Positions 51,801 to 64,000 of a DNA stretch of 64,000 nucleotides are shown in pieces. The notes beneath the pieces were generated by a model that was given only the letters and a program-made list of their open reading frames with translations, was not told the origin of the DNA and searched no databases. A program made the translations under genes and the position numbers. Each line of letters begins with the position of its first letter. Positions within the stretch are counted from its first letter, which is position 1. Origin of the DNA: Callorhinchus milii (lineage: Eukaryota); NCBI RefSeq assembly GCF_018977255.1, contig NW_024704742.1, positions 17,238,001 to 17,302,000 of the forward strand. The letters are read 5' to 3'.

Positions 51801-53619
51801 CAACAACAACAACAACAACAACTTGGATTTATATTATATAGAGGCCTCCACGCTGGACGTGTCTCAGAGGGCTTTTTAAAGAAATTAAAAAGATATCAGA
51901 TTTTTAAAAAGAAATCCCTCACTCCACACACAGAGAATTAAACAAACATGAAAAATAAAGCTATAAAAGGGTAGGAGTGAAAGCAGAGAATTGGGATTAC
52001 ATTTCTAAGATTTTTGTTGCTGATATTTTATCCCAGCAAGATATAAAAATCAATTGATTTTCAAATTGACAATCTATTTTCCAACGTTTGAAAAATTGAC
52101 CATCACAGCAAATAGCAGGGATTTGATAGTCTGTCCAAGTGCCTCTTTTTCAAGTGTTTGTATAATCCTGTTTTAAATGCTATTTTTGACTCAACTTTAC
52201 TTGTGGTAACACAATCTGCATTATAACACTGCTTTAAAAAATTCTGATCATTTTTATATTTCCGAGATATCAAAGGGTTTATGAAAGAACAAGAAGTCAA
52301 AACCATTTCAGGATAGGACAGAGAAAAATTGATGAAGAAAATAAAGCAAGGAAAATAAAATAACAAAGGGCAATATACCAGTGTGTAGGAGCAATGGAAC
52401 ATATTCCTTGTAAAAGCTTTCTTAAATACATTTCATACTTGACCTTATTCTGTATACTTGTAAGAGACATTCATATACTAGTCGCTAAATATAGCAGCCT
52501 ATATTTAGTGAAAAGATTTCTCCAGTGATTGATGGACGATAGAAATCAGTGCACACACACAACGCCACCTCGGTCATAATACAATAGGATCTACAACAGC
52601 CATATTACACAAAACCCAACTGGGCCATTGCAGTTTTCAATTGTAAATCATTACCATGTGATTGACATTTTTATTACAATTCTTTATTATTTGGTCAACC
52701 AAGTGCCTGACACCCATCAACTTGCTTAAAGCTTTATATTACTGAGAATTTGACATGTGCATGGGAAGTTCCCTTGAATAGAAAGCGCACTCTCTCTCCT
52801 AGAAGGCATAAATACAGTTCACTTAATTCCAGAAGGTTTTAGTGCAGGTTGGCAAAATATTGGTGATTATTGGTGAAACCACAGTGTTGGAGAACTGCTG
52901 TAGTGTAACCAGCTAAAGCCACGTAACTTGCTGTTGTCAGTGCTACCTGTAAGCTTCCAGCTACTTGTCTAGCTCGGACCACACTCCCCATTAGAGTTTT
53001 GACTTGCATAGTTAACCGGAGCCAAGTGGAAGTAATCCATGCCCCAAGTGATTGATCTGTTCCTCCAAATGTTGCTGATGAGCCAGAGATTCATCCTTCA
53101 ACAATGCCTTGAAGAGAGAGAGAGGCTGGGAGAAAAAGGAAGGAGCAGTCCAGACGATACAGTGAGGCTCGTGTCAAATCCAAGAGATCGCCCACAAATG
53201 CACAGTCAACCCACTTTACATTATATTCTGTGAAGCTCTTTGAGCTGTTTCAACAACGTGATAAGGTGTTACATTAAATGCAAGGATTATTATTATTATT
53301 ACTCCAGACCTGCCTGGCTCAAAAACTGGACTACTGAGACCATCACAGAAGATCAACTCAATCCCAACACTATATCAGCTTGGAGCCAACAAGCAACGAT
53401 AGCTTTCTCTTTCTCCAAGAGGATATAAGTCATGTAACAGAACACCCTATTTTGGAAACAGCACAAGCACGTAACCAAGTCACAGCATGTAACTGCAAGG
53501 GACATGAGGACTGAGTTTAATAACCACAGCTCTGGACACTGCAACAAAAAGGGGGCAGACAGTTTAGGAAAGAGCAATTAGCTAATCACCAATATCAGAG
53601 AAATTTGCTATTAACAACT

Positions 53620-53870
53620 GGATAAGCTAGGGCTTTTCAGGCTTACAACGAAATATTAAAGAAGAGGCATATATGCTAAATGGAATAGAGAAAGTGAACC
53701 TAATAATGTCAGATACTCAAAGGCGGCAGGAGAAGAAAGCACACGGTTGTGGCAGGCACTTTTAGGACAAACACCAGGAAGTATTTCTTTACACCGTTGA
53801 TCAACAAGTGAAAGGAAAGGTGCTTGTGGAAAAGACCCCACTGGACTGGTTTAAGAAACAACTTGTAAGG
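53620..53870 (+). mobile_element. Old CR1 3' remnant
   Basis: TTTAGGACAAACACCAGGAAGTATTTCTTTACAC (FRTNTRKYFFT). Confidence 0.65.
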
Positions 53871-56800
53871 TGGCTATTCAATAAGACTAAGATCAGTGTG
53901 CTGAAGAACTTTCTTCATCCACTCTGCTCTTGTGAGCTTGTAAAACCATTCAGAAATGTGCTAGATGTCTGTCAGGCTGCCCTTTCCTCACAGCCATGAC
54001 ATGAGTCGTGTCGGTGCCTGAAGAACTCTCTCCCTCCATTCTTTATTTTTCAATAGGGATTAACTCCAGCAGTAAAGAACTAGTGCTTTTGAAGTAAAAA
54101 GAGAAATGTAATTGATTATTAAAGGGAAAATTTCATTAACTCTTCTTACTCTTCTGCTATGTTGTCTGACTTTATACTTAACTGGTGATTATGTTCCTAC
54201 GAGTGTTGTTTGGATTAAAAGGTTGTTCTTCCTCAGTTTCTAATGGAGCTACGTGACAAGTGCTTGTCAAGTTGTGCCTGACCCTCATTGATTTGATGTC
54301 ATTACACCAAATACGGCTACTTCTGTATTCATCCTGCATCCAGTCCACAAAGCCATATGGGCCAGAGCAAAAGTAGGTACAAAACTATAACTACATGTTT
54401 TTGGGTTGCGGCAGCTCTTCTTATAAAATGTTAAATCTTTGCTGCACCATATCCTTCCTCTGTAGAGAACAGTGAAGACACGGGAAAAAAATATTGAAGA
54501 GAGGTTGTTGACTGGTCATTTCAGTGCATCCAGTAAAGTTAACCCAAAACATCAACCTGACTTTTAATATTTATATTTTTAGGGGCCACCACACAGCAAA
54601 ACCAACTCATTGACCCTGGAAAAATGTGTTTGGAAGTACAAATCTCCAAGTTTAGTGCAATTTTCATGACATCATAAATGGCAATAATAATCTTGCATTT
54701 GATATAGTGCCATTCTCAAAGCACTTCACCGAAATTTAGTGTAAATTGTAGTGCCTGTGTAATTTGCAGGCAAAATGTAATAGCTAATGTGTGCACAGCA
54801 ACATCCCACAAATAGCCATGAAAAATGAATGATCCGTTTCTCCTGGGGCATTGTTGGCTAGAGCACCGGGAGAAACTCCTTTCTCTTTTCAAAAAGTGCT
54901 ATGGAAATTTTAATGTCAACCTGCAGGCAAACATAAATTATGGACCTAATCTTTTTAAATTGCTATTGAATCAATATTCTCAATGTGGAGGCAATACAGC
55001 ATTTATCTGTTCATTATCTCATATACTGTGTGTCTATAAGAGTATGTTATATGCCAGTTAACAGTCTCTCTCTGTTCCCTGGACACAAACAGGGCCAATA
55101 ATGACCACACAGAAAATTCTGCATGATCTTTAATGAAGGATAAATCCCCTCAACAGCTATTTTAAATGCATATTTCTGGCAAATCATAACTTTTTAAACA
55201 ATGGGATTAATTTTGCAACATTCCAAAGAGAAATAGAGGGACTATTCAATTATTCAATCAATTATGGTATTTTATATAAGGTATTGATGGAAGATTTACT
55301 TTTATATCCTCCTGGAAGGAATAACAGCAAACCAACGTTTTCTTACATATTCTCAGTATCTGGACATTATTGTCCATCCCTGGTTGCCCTGAGCGGGTTG
55401 TGGTGGGCTTTCTCTTTAACCTACAGCAGTCATTGTGATGATGATGTTCCATGACAGCTTTGGTAGGGAGATCCAGGGAACCAATAATTGTCTACCAACC
55501 TGCCTTGCTCATCAGTGAAGTACATAGTTATAGAACCTCCTCCACCCAGCAAGGCAAAACGCATTGAGGGTAGTGGTCCTAATTGAAAAATACCATGAAA
55601 CTTATCAGCTTGTTATTATGCTTTTCATTTACGTTTCAATAGATGCAATCGTGTACTTCAACCACACAATAAAGTTTATTCGCTTCAAGTATAATGCTCT
55701 GATTGCTACCTTTTGTATCAGGAGCCACTGCTGTCAGGCCTCTATATGTCTTGCTGGGAGTGGGAGTGTGTTGGTGGTGGGTGATTGACAGTGGTGCTGT
55801 ACACTGATGGCTGGGCAATAGGATGTGAATGGAGCTCCGAGCAATGGGTGGTAGGAGCTTTGTCGAGCTTTATATCTCCTTGATATCAAGAATCATTTCC
55901 CCATCAAAATACAAAAGGACATTTTGTTATGTCTGATATTAAAGATTTACTGTCTGTGTCCCAATGTTCTTCCAGTTATCTCTGTTTTACCCTGTAATTT
56001 GTGCTTTGAGTCCCCTGATCCCTGTGACAAGGTCTAGAGCTGTGGATAGATTGAGAGGCAATCTTGGATTTTGAGTGTATAGATGCTATACTATTATTGA
56101 TTTGCATCAAGTCATCTCACAATAACAGTAAAATGTTCTCACTGACGCCAGTGCAGCAACAAAAGCAGTTAGTCTTAGATGACTAAGAGTTATTGCATTC
56201 ACAATGCAAATCGCCTCAGAGCATTAACCTGAATTGTGTAAACAATTCTCTGGTGCTGGTTGCCTCTCCACCCACACAATGACGCACGAGATGAAACATC
56301 ATCTAACCAAGCGGATCTGTGGATAATCTGTGAAGGACAATCGTCTTTTTATGGTTATAACATAGTGCATCTCTCTTTCCACCAATATGCATAACACAAA
56401 CAAGCACTCTGTGACTCTAATCTCCAAAAGGCAGTTATATAAACAGAGAAAAACCAAACATTGTTCACAGAGATACAAGCCCTTCTGGAGAAACCATGGA
56501 TGAGATTCTACGCAATATTCCTCAAAATTCTCCTGTCTGATTTTATATAACCTTTTCGGAGATTTTTTTCCTGGAAATTGTGCAGTCTATTTTTTACACA
56601 GGATCTGCAGCTGGTCTGTGCTAAACATATTAAATAGTGGTTACCTAATAGTTTTGTCACCTATTGCATGAGGTACATGCTATTTAAACTATGAAACTGT
56701 TAAAAGAGGTAGAGTTGTAGTTAAATTAGTTACATTCCATCTTTCCATTAGTAGTTGAAGTGAAGTAGTGTGAGAAATTATTTCTCAACCATTTTGGTCC

Positions 56801-57039
56801 CTGTGACCAGCTCAGTTTCTTCTTAAAATGTGAACCGTTAGCAAATAGAACCAAAGAAATCAACAGCACAGAAGAAGGCCATTTGGCCTATTGTATCTGT
56901 GCTGCCTCTTTGAAAGAGCGAGTCCTTTCAGTGACATTTACCTGCACTTTCTCCAGACTCTGTCAGAGCCTGTAAGGACACTCAATCAAAGACTTTTTGG
57001 TGTATGGACTGGCTGTGAGGTTATTATGGTCCAGCAGCA

Positions 57040-57665
57040 GGACTTGGCCAGCACCACAGCCTCTCCCTTCAGGCCACTGAAACCCTTATCCATGCATTTA
57101 TAACATCTAGGCTCAACTACACCAACTCCCTGCTTGTCGGTCTTGCCCCTCCACAAGCTGCAGATCATCCTGAACTCTGCAGCTTGTGTCCTCTCTCGCA
57201 CCAGGCTCCATGACCCTTTCACCCCAACCCTCGCCCGGCTCCACTGGCTCCCCATCCCCCAGAGAATAGAGTTCCAAATCCCTGTGCTCGCCTTGAAAGC
57301 CCTCCACAGCCTTGCTCCTTCCTACCTCTGTGACCTGCTAACGCCACATCAACCTGTCCGCTCCCTCCGCCCAGCAAGCTCCAGCCTGTTCCACATCCAC
57401 CGGCCGGTCCACTCCACCATCGGCGGACGGGCCTTCAGCGTCTCTGTCCCCATCCTTTGGAACTCCATCCCAGTCCCTTCCCTTGTTACAATTCCTCAGA
57501 TGAAATTGGTCATTCACTTCATAGCTGTTTGTGGGACATTGCTGTGTAAAAATTAGCTGCATTATTTGCCTACAAATTGCAGTCACTACACTTAGATTAA
57601 ATCCTGTGAAGTGCTTCCTCCCAGCGTGAAAGGCGCAATGCCAAACCAAGAATTATTTATTTTAT
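57040..57665 (+). mobile_element. L2 fragment (to ~57480) abutting a SINE 3' half
   Basis: LHKLQIILNSAA...LHWLPIPQRIEF...GGRAFS, then GCTGTTTGTGGGACATTGCTGTG and a tail. Confidence 0.82.
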
Positions 57666-58574
57666 TATGTATATTGAATGTCACTAATAATTTGTGAATT
57701 CATGTATAAAGTCACGTCATTATTTGAATGGCATTATTAAATAACTTTAAGCATGTGAACAGCCAGTCCTGATATTAGCAACATCAGTCATTAAATACCT
57801 GAATCTAGGATCCCAAAGTAGCCTGAGAAGAAACTGATGTGTCAGACTTTTTTCAGTTTGTAAAGGTAATTCCTCAATAATTCAGTTTAACCTGTTTTCC
57901 CGAATGATTGTGTATTTACTGTGCAGTATGTACTGTAGATAAATTCCTGAGGCATTTCTTGCTGTGCAATTTACACAGAAAAATCTGAGGCAATTGAAGT
58001 AACTGTACAATAAATAGAATACAGAATACCAAGTATTTTTCAGAAAACTATATAATCATATCTCATTGAGTAGCAATAATAGATGATCCCCACTGAGTAT
58101 GTTTTTTAAAGTAGAAGTTCAAATTGGTCACGACTCATGGGAGGGTTTTTTATGAATTGCAGAATCTATCAGTATGATTGTATAGCCAAAGATGGAGTGT
58201 AATATCCTTTACTTTATCATGGTTGCTAGATTTCCTTTTTATATGTTAATATTTGTCACAGACATCTAGGAGTATTACTGTGTCTGAAGGTTTTATTTCT
58301 CTTCCAGTTGAGGATGGTTAATCCTTACATTTGTCTTCAGTCCGTGCATTACTTGCTTTGGCACTGATCATCATGTTTTGCTTGGGAAAAATCATAAGGA
58401 AAATGGGGGAGAACTTTCACCTGGGTCTAGGTTTACTTTATTTTCTTAGCATCTTAGAACATCCAGAACTTGCCAATTTTTAAATACAGTTTAATTTTGA
58501 AGCCAGTTTATTTGATGTTCTTTTAAGAACTACAGAAAAGTGATTTCAAAGTTAAGAATTAATTCAATAAATTA

Positions 58575-59620
58575 CCAAGTTCTGGGCTGGAGCCCAAGGG
58601 GTGGGGGCGGAAAGATAGCCGAAAGTGTGGTCAAAGAAGAAAGGCAAGGGAAGGGGTGAGGTGAAGGGTCTCCAGGATGGAGTTCAGTAGTGGCGGCAGA
58701 TAGGTGGAGAGCCCAACCACTGAAGGTGGGGTGGACTGGGTGGGGGACATGAAGCAGGCCAGAGCCTGTCAAGTGGAAGAAGCAGTCAGGTTGATAGGAT
58801 TTTAGTAGGTCGCAGCAGTAGGGTGGGACAAATCTTGGAGGGATTTATAAGTGAAGACAATCTCTGGGGGATGGGAAGCCAGTGGGTGAGGATGGGTGTG
58901 ATAGGCTTTTGAAACCTAGTGTGGGAGAGGACATGAACTGCAGAGTTCTGAATGGTCTGTAACTTGCAGAGGGAAGAGTTGGGAAGTCCAGCGAGCAGGG
59001 AGTTGGTGTAGCCGAACTTGGATATGATGAAAGCATGGATAGATGTCTCGGCGGCCTGAGGAGAGAGGTAGTGGTGGAGGCAGGCAATGTTGCAGAGGTG
59101 GAGGAAAACTGAACATGGCAAGGCATGGATGTGGAGTTTAAAGAACAGTTAAGAGTCGAACAAAATTCAATGGCTCCGTGAGGTGGAGTGTGTATCCAAA
59201 TAGATTGATATTGTTAGTGCCTGAGGTGAAAAGGCGCTGATAGGAGCCAAGCAGGAAAGCCTCTATCTTGTTGAATTCAACTGGAAAAAGTTAGCTCTCA
59301 TCCAGGTATTGATATCCAATAAGCAATTGGTCCTGGAGTCGAGGGTGGAGTCAGAGATAGTTTGGGATCATTCAAAACATGTGAAAGTTAACCCAGTGCC
59401 TCACGATCACATTTCAGAACATGAGGATGTAGATATTAAAAACAGAAGATAAGCGCTTTGAGGAATACCGTACATCACAGTGCAGGGGCAGCAGGAGAAG
59501 CTGTTGGCAGATTACAAAGTGGATAAGCTGGGATAGGTGAAACCAGATAAGGACAGAATCATGAAGGATAGAATGGGCTACATTGTCAAAGGCAGTTGAG
59601 GTCAAGAAGGATGACATTGC
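58575..59620 (-). mobile_element. Older L2 fragment
   Basis: TAFDNVAH, SKFGYTNSLLAGLP, HWLPIPQR with many indels. Confidence 0.82.
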
Positions 59621-61324
59621 AGCAGTCCCTGCAGCACTGCACTGCTGTCAGCTAAGATTGTGAGTTCAACTTCCCACAAATGGAGCTTAAAACCACAAAT
59701 CATGGAGGAGGTGGGGGAAGAGGTTCATACCTCCTGCCAGGCTTTAGGAATAGATGGTAAAATGTGATATTTCATAACAGATTTGATATGTTCAAAAATG
59801 TAAAAAACTGAAAATGCAATCTTCACCCTATTAACTAGTGGCAGTGACAAAGACAGCGAGAGGGTGACCTATATTGTCTCACCCCATTTAAAAATCTTTA
59901 CACTCACTCTTTTTCATGGTGAGAACAAGTTCAGGTGTGCGAGCTATTTCTCATAACTTAGAAGTTGTTTGTTGCTCCTCTCTGAATGCTTTTCCTTATT
60001 ATTTTCCTTATGATTCAATATCTTTTGAAGGTAGGGTGCTCAAACAAGAACATTTCAGATTCACATTCATCAGTAATGTATACAATGATCGATTTGTTCA
60101 ACTTGAATTATAGCCAAATGCCCTCAAAATGCAGCCTGGTATTTGATTAGTAGCTTTGCTGACAGCAGCTTCACGGTATCTGGAAACCTTCAGTCAGTGA
60201 CCAATATTTGCACTCAAGTGAGGTTTCTTCTTCACCTTTCCTGATGGACAGCTCTTTATTTTGTGCACGCTGAGGTTTTCTGGTCTAATACCTTACATGT
60301 ATTTATATTGCTAGGCTGACACCACAGTACAATGTGGGGGTGGAGCCTGCATTGTCAGAGGACCTGTCCTTCAGATGAGATGAAAGGCGCTTTACAAATT
60401 TAATTTTGTAATGTATGTTAACCCGAGGCCCAGCCTGCCTGCTCGCTGCAGTAGGGAAACGTGAAGTTGCAGCATCATATTTTTGCCACAAGACAGGAGG
60501 CTGCTGTAACAATGTCAGAACTCACTTGGGAGCCTCTGGTGTCTGCCATCAGATATTACAACAGTACCTCCTTCAGCAGCAAGAAGTTGCATTTATATAG
60601 CACATTTCATGTCAGGAGGACATCCCAAGGCACTGGATTTGTCTTAGGATGTCTAGGGTTTGCACCCAAGATGGGGGTTGGAATCAAGAAAGGTGGAGGG
60701 CAAGGGTGGGAGGATGACTGAAGGCACGGTCAAAGAAGGTCCTGAGACGGGAAACATTTGTGGAGGTTGGGCATGCATACGCAGAACCATCACATCTCTG
60801 GTCTATTGGAGAGTGACACTATGGTCACACACCCTACCCGTCACCTCATAAGGTGGGAGGTTTTTCTGCTCAGCCCTCTAAAAGACCAGAGGCTTCTGCA
60901 ATGTAAGATGCTATATTATAGGGCAAATTATCCAAAGTAAGTACTTACAAGAATTTCTAGAATGCAACTAGTCTTGCGTTAAGTGCAGTGACAAGTAAAA
61001 CGGAGTCCTTTATTAACATTTTGCTTGGGAAATGGCTGGGATATTGACAGCATGGCTACTTAAGTGGTAGTGACAAGTTGCATATTTATTAAAGTCAAAA
61101 GATCCTATTTCTGTAACCATTCTGTTCAAGTTTGACAGATATTAAAGGGGTAATTTTTATTGCTTAAAATTGTACCAGAATCTCAGCCTCTTTAAAATTA
61201 ATTCAATCAATGTAAGATTTCCAGAAACAGTTGTAAACAACTACGTTACATTCAAAATTCTTTGTTGTGTGTTGCTTTCTACTTTCCCCACCTCCAAATT
61301 TAAAAAAAAACAGAGAAGAGATTT

Positions 61325-62427
61325 ACAATCAAACACAATAGAAAGTTTTATTCAAACAATAATTTAGAAGGATGCAGAAACAGTTTAAAATTTTCTCCCC
61401 CAAAAATTGAAATTAATTCCTCAGAATGTTCATATCCCTTACAGCATTTACTCAAAATACTGAACAAAATTGGCAAGTATTATTCAAACCAGCAGCAAAC
61501 CTAACCAGTACATAAATGTACGGTGTATCAGCGAACACATCATGCGATTCAGTGAAAACGCACACACTTAACGTAAACCTACAAAACTGCTCTTCATGCC
61601 GAAAGCTACTTCAGGTAAAGCAAGAGACACAAAAAAACAGGAATGCATCAAAACAGTCATGATTTAATAGAAACAGTGAGTAAAATTGTACAATCAAAAT
61701 CTTCCTGTACTTGTTAACTGCATGAATTTTTTTCTTAAAATGCATTTAAAAGTTTTGGTACAGTCATGATTTTTTTTTCTTTTCTTTCAAAAATGTCAAT
61801 TTAGTGCTGAACACTTCTTCCCTACAAATAATACTGTCCTCGACTAACAGTTTTCTTAGTGCCAAACCAATAACCTATAAGTTTACTCAAGTCTTTGTGT
61901 GCTGCACCAACTGCAGGGGGTCGACAAAATTATGATCTTGTAACCAAAAGAAAACCGTTGGCACCAAACACATTGGCCTCCACAGTTTGACGTATTAATT
62001 GCCACTGCACAATATTTAGCCGTTTCCTTGTTTTCCTTTTCACAAGGTTTGTGTGTGATTGTTTATCCGTGGCAACCGCAACAAAGTACTGCATTGCCTT
62101 ATGCAATACCTTCAAGTCTATTTTACCTGACCTATGTCAGTGTTTCTCTATATCAACTTTTAGAAGTCAAATCCTACGCCAGGCTTCATTCCAGCATGAC
62201 TCGCTGATGGCTGTAATGTAGCTCCTTTCCATGTAGTGCTTCTGTTCCAAGTGCAAATCATCGTAATCTTCTATTCCTGTTGACAAGACATGGCTGTCTG
62301 GCCTCTTCCACACTGCTCTAAATGCTCGCTGCTAATGTGCCAATTAGCAAGGAAGTGCTAAAAAGTTGAGCTACTTCATGAAATAACCATTTCATCGCAG
62401 AATCCAGTCTTCACTGCGCATGTTCAG
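61325..62427 (-). other. KLHL2: KLHL2 3' UTR (~1.1 kb)
   Basis: Repeat-free AT-rich sequence between the stop codon and the AATAAA signal; the 3' end is inferred. Confidence 0.65.
61347..61352 (-). terminator. Polyadenylation signal AATAAA of KLHL2
   Basis: TTTATT on the + strand; followed on the minus strand by TG/T-rich sequence (TTGTGTTTG...CTGTTTTTTTTT). Confidence 0.65.
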
Positions 62428-62456
62428 TCATAAAGGCTTGTCAATCACTGTAACAC
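62428..62456 (-). CDS. KLHL2: Kelch-like protein 2, terminal coding exon
   Basis: Acceptor TCCCCTCTAG|GT, encodes (G)VTVIDKPL then TGA. The VTVIDKPL C-terminus fits KLHL2 rather than KLHL3, as does adjacency to CPE. Confidence 0.92.
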
Positions 62457-63361
62457 CTAGAGGGGAGACAGAAATGGTCTCAGTTATCAGGAGTCTTGGG
62501 CAGAGCCAACGTGGGAGGCAGTTTCTCAAAGAATGGCGGAATGAACTGCAAGTAGAATTTTCACATCGACAAAATGGGGGAGGGAGTGGGGGGGGGGGCA
62601 GAAACAAGCAGTTGCAGAGACAAAACATTCACAGAGTTGTGGAAGCAGAATATCAGAAACCCCATTCACAAATGTATACAGAGACAAGACATCAATACAC
62701 TGGGGCCCCATTCATAGAACTGTAGAGTCCCATTCACACAGGAGACAGGACACTGGAGTCCTATTCATACAGCCTGAGTCACAGTGCCAGCTTTCACTGA
62801 CATTATAATTCAGCCGATGAGCCTTTAGGTTCTTCAGCCTGACAGAGCACCTTGCAAAGGCACAGCACTCCATCCTCGGGGGAGGAAATAAGGGGCATTT
62901 GTTGTAAACTGATGCAACATATCAACCAAGCACAGGACAGCCATGGTCAGGACATCCTGCACTCCAGCTCATGGACAACTGTGCGGTGCAAAGGAACCTG
63001 CATTTGGAATTGTGAGGGTTGTCCAGCTCCAGCAAGAACAGCATAAAGTTACATTCAGACTTGCAGAGTCCCATCAGGAAATTCTCATCCACCAAACCAC
63101 AACTTAAAACACAAAACACTGATTTATTCTACCCAGACAATGATATTGGCACCAATATCTTTTTTTAGATCAAAAAGATGCAATGGGCTGTTAGGGCTGT
63201 AGAGGGCACTCTTCCACACAAATACAGAAAATGTTTCAAATCGAGTCTTCTAAAGGTGTGGCTTATCAGCTAATTCCAAGGAATTCGCTACTGCTAAAAA
63301 AGTAAAATCTATTGTGAAAATGGTTATATTCAGTTTGAAAGGAAAAAAATCAGCGAATTAC

Positions 63362-63505
63362 CTGCATAACTTCTTCCTGTGCTCATACACTGTGGTAGAA
63401 GTAGCCATTTATCTAACACTGGGTTGTAATATTCCACGGATGCAAGGTTACAGGAACCATCATCTCCCCCGACGACGTACAATAGACCATTCACTGTGCA
63501 CACTG
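63362..63505 (-). CDS. KLHL2: Kelch-like protein 2, penultimate coding exon
   Basis: Follows an 86-nt intron. Pyrimidine tract then TGAAG|CAG, donor CAG|GTAATT, 144 nt. Encodes (A)VCTVNGLLYVVGGDDGSCNLASVEYYNPVLDKWLLLPQCMSTGRSYA. Confidence 0.93.
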
Positions 63506-63591
63506 CTTCAGGGGGGGAAAAAAAACAAGTCAACCCACGCGTGGACAGCGTGTGTAAATCTACTAATAGATTCTTGGCTCACGCATCCTAC

Positions 63592-63732
63592 CTGCATTCC
63601 TCCTGCACATGTTCATGTCTGCAACCTGCTTCCAGGAGTTTAAAGAAGCATCGTACATTTCCACACTTTTCCTCACCAGTGGGCCATCGTGACCTCCAAC
63701 AGCATAGAGCAAACCGTTCAACACTCCCACCC
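63592..63732 (-). CDS. KLHL2: Kelch-like protein 2, third-from-last coding exon (kelch repeat)
   Basis: Acceptor TTTTGCTGCAG|GG, donor CAG|GTAGGA, 141 nt. Encodes (G)VGVLNGLLYAVGGHDGPLVRKSVEMYDASLNSWKQVADMNMCRRNA. Confidence 0.93.
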
Positions 63733-64000
63733 CTGCAGCAAAACAAGCAATTTCCACTGATCAACCTTCAATTGCAGAAAGATTGACAAGCTGTACATCG
63801 ATTTTCAAACCGTCAAGAACTCAACCGAATGAACACTGCACCATTACTGCTTAAAACTCATCGAATAAAATAGAAATCGAGTGGACAGCGAATTTGAAAC
63901 ACTCCAAAATAAAATCACACAAACACACATTTGAAAATGTAAAAGATTAATCTTTGAGGATGGAGACTTCATAAAAGAGAGTCATTTTAAAGAGAATACA

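Noticed and set aside
52103..52402. Hydrophobic 99-aa ORF loosely like MSMO1 YFLFCLPGFLFQF
   Set aside because: Similarity is compositional (T-rich strand); no conserved motif.
53010..53130. Possible MSMO1 remnant or novel exon on the minus strand (QI..TWG....H spacing; pyrimidine tract plus CAG)
   Set aside because: Needs a frameshift, the flanks do not resemble MSMO1, the donor is weak, and SLFKALLK resembles an old L2 tail.
55360..55880. His-rich short ORF (MEHHHHND) as a sterol oxidase His box
   Set aside because: Does not match the HHDFHH context; the region looks like a decayed interspersed repeat.

Overview
Eukaryotic, repeat-dense vertebrate DNA. The repeat repertoire (L2 and CR1 LINEs, tRNA-derived Deu-domain SINEs, Penelope-type terminal repeats) points to a cartilaginous fish, possibly a chimaera; that assignment is inference. 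Two genes lie on the minus strand. Right end: the last three coding exons and ~1.1 kb 3' UTR of KLHL2. Left: coding exons 1-3 of carboxypeptidase E (CPE), with a 41.4 kb intron 1; the gene continues off the left edge. Nearly all other ORFs in the track are LINE fragments or low-complexity artefacts. Most notable: (1) minimal hammerhead ribozyme motifs in Penelope-like repeats, one in the loop of a 65-bp inverted repeat; (2) no recognisable MSMO1 between KLHL2 and CPE; (3) CPE exon 1 and its putative promoter embedded in about 6.5 kb of strand-skewed tandem repeats, including an AUG-free ~800-nt repeat in the probable 5' UTR; (4) an internally deleted L2 keeping both ends; (5) reciprocal SINE/L2 nesting with shared 3' stem-loops; (6) a NAGNAG acceptor in KLHL2. 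I cannot claim a wholly new biological system from this sequence alone. Repeat boundaries are approximate; exon boundaries were read from the sequence.
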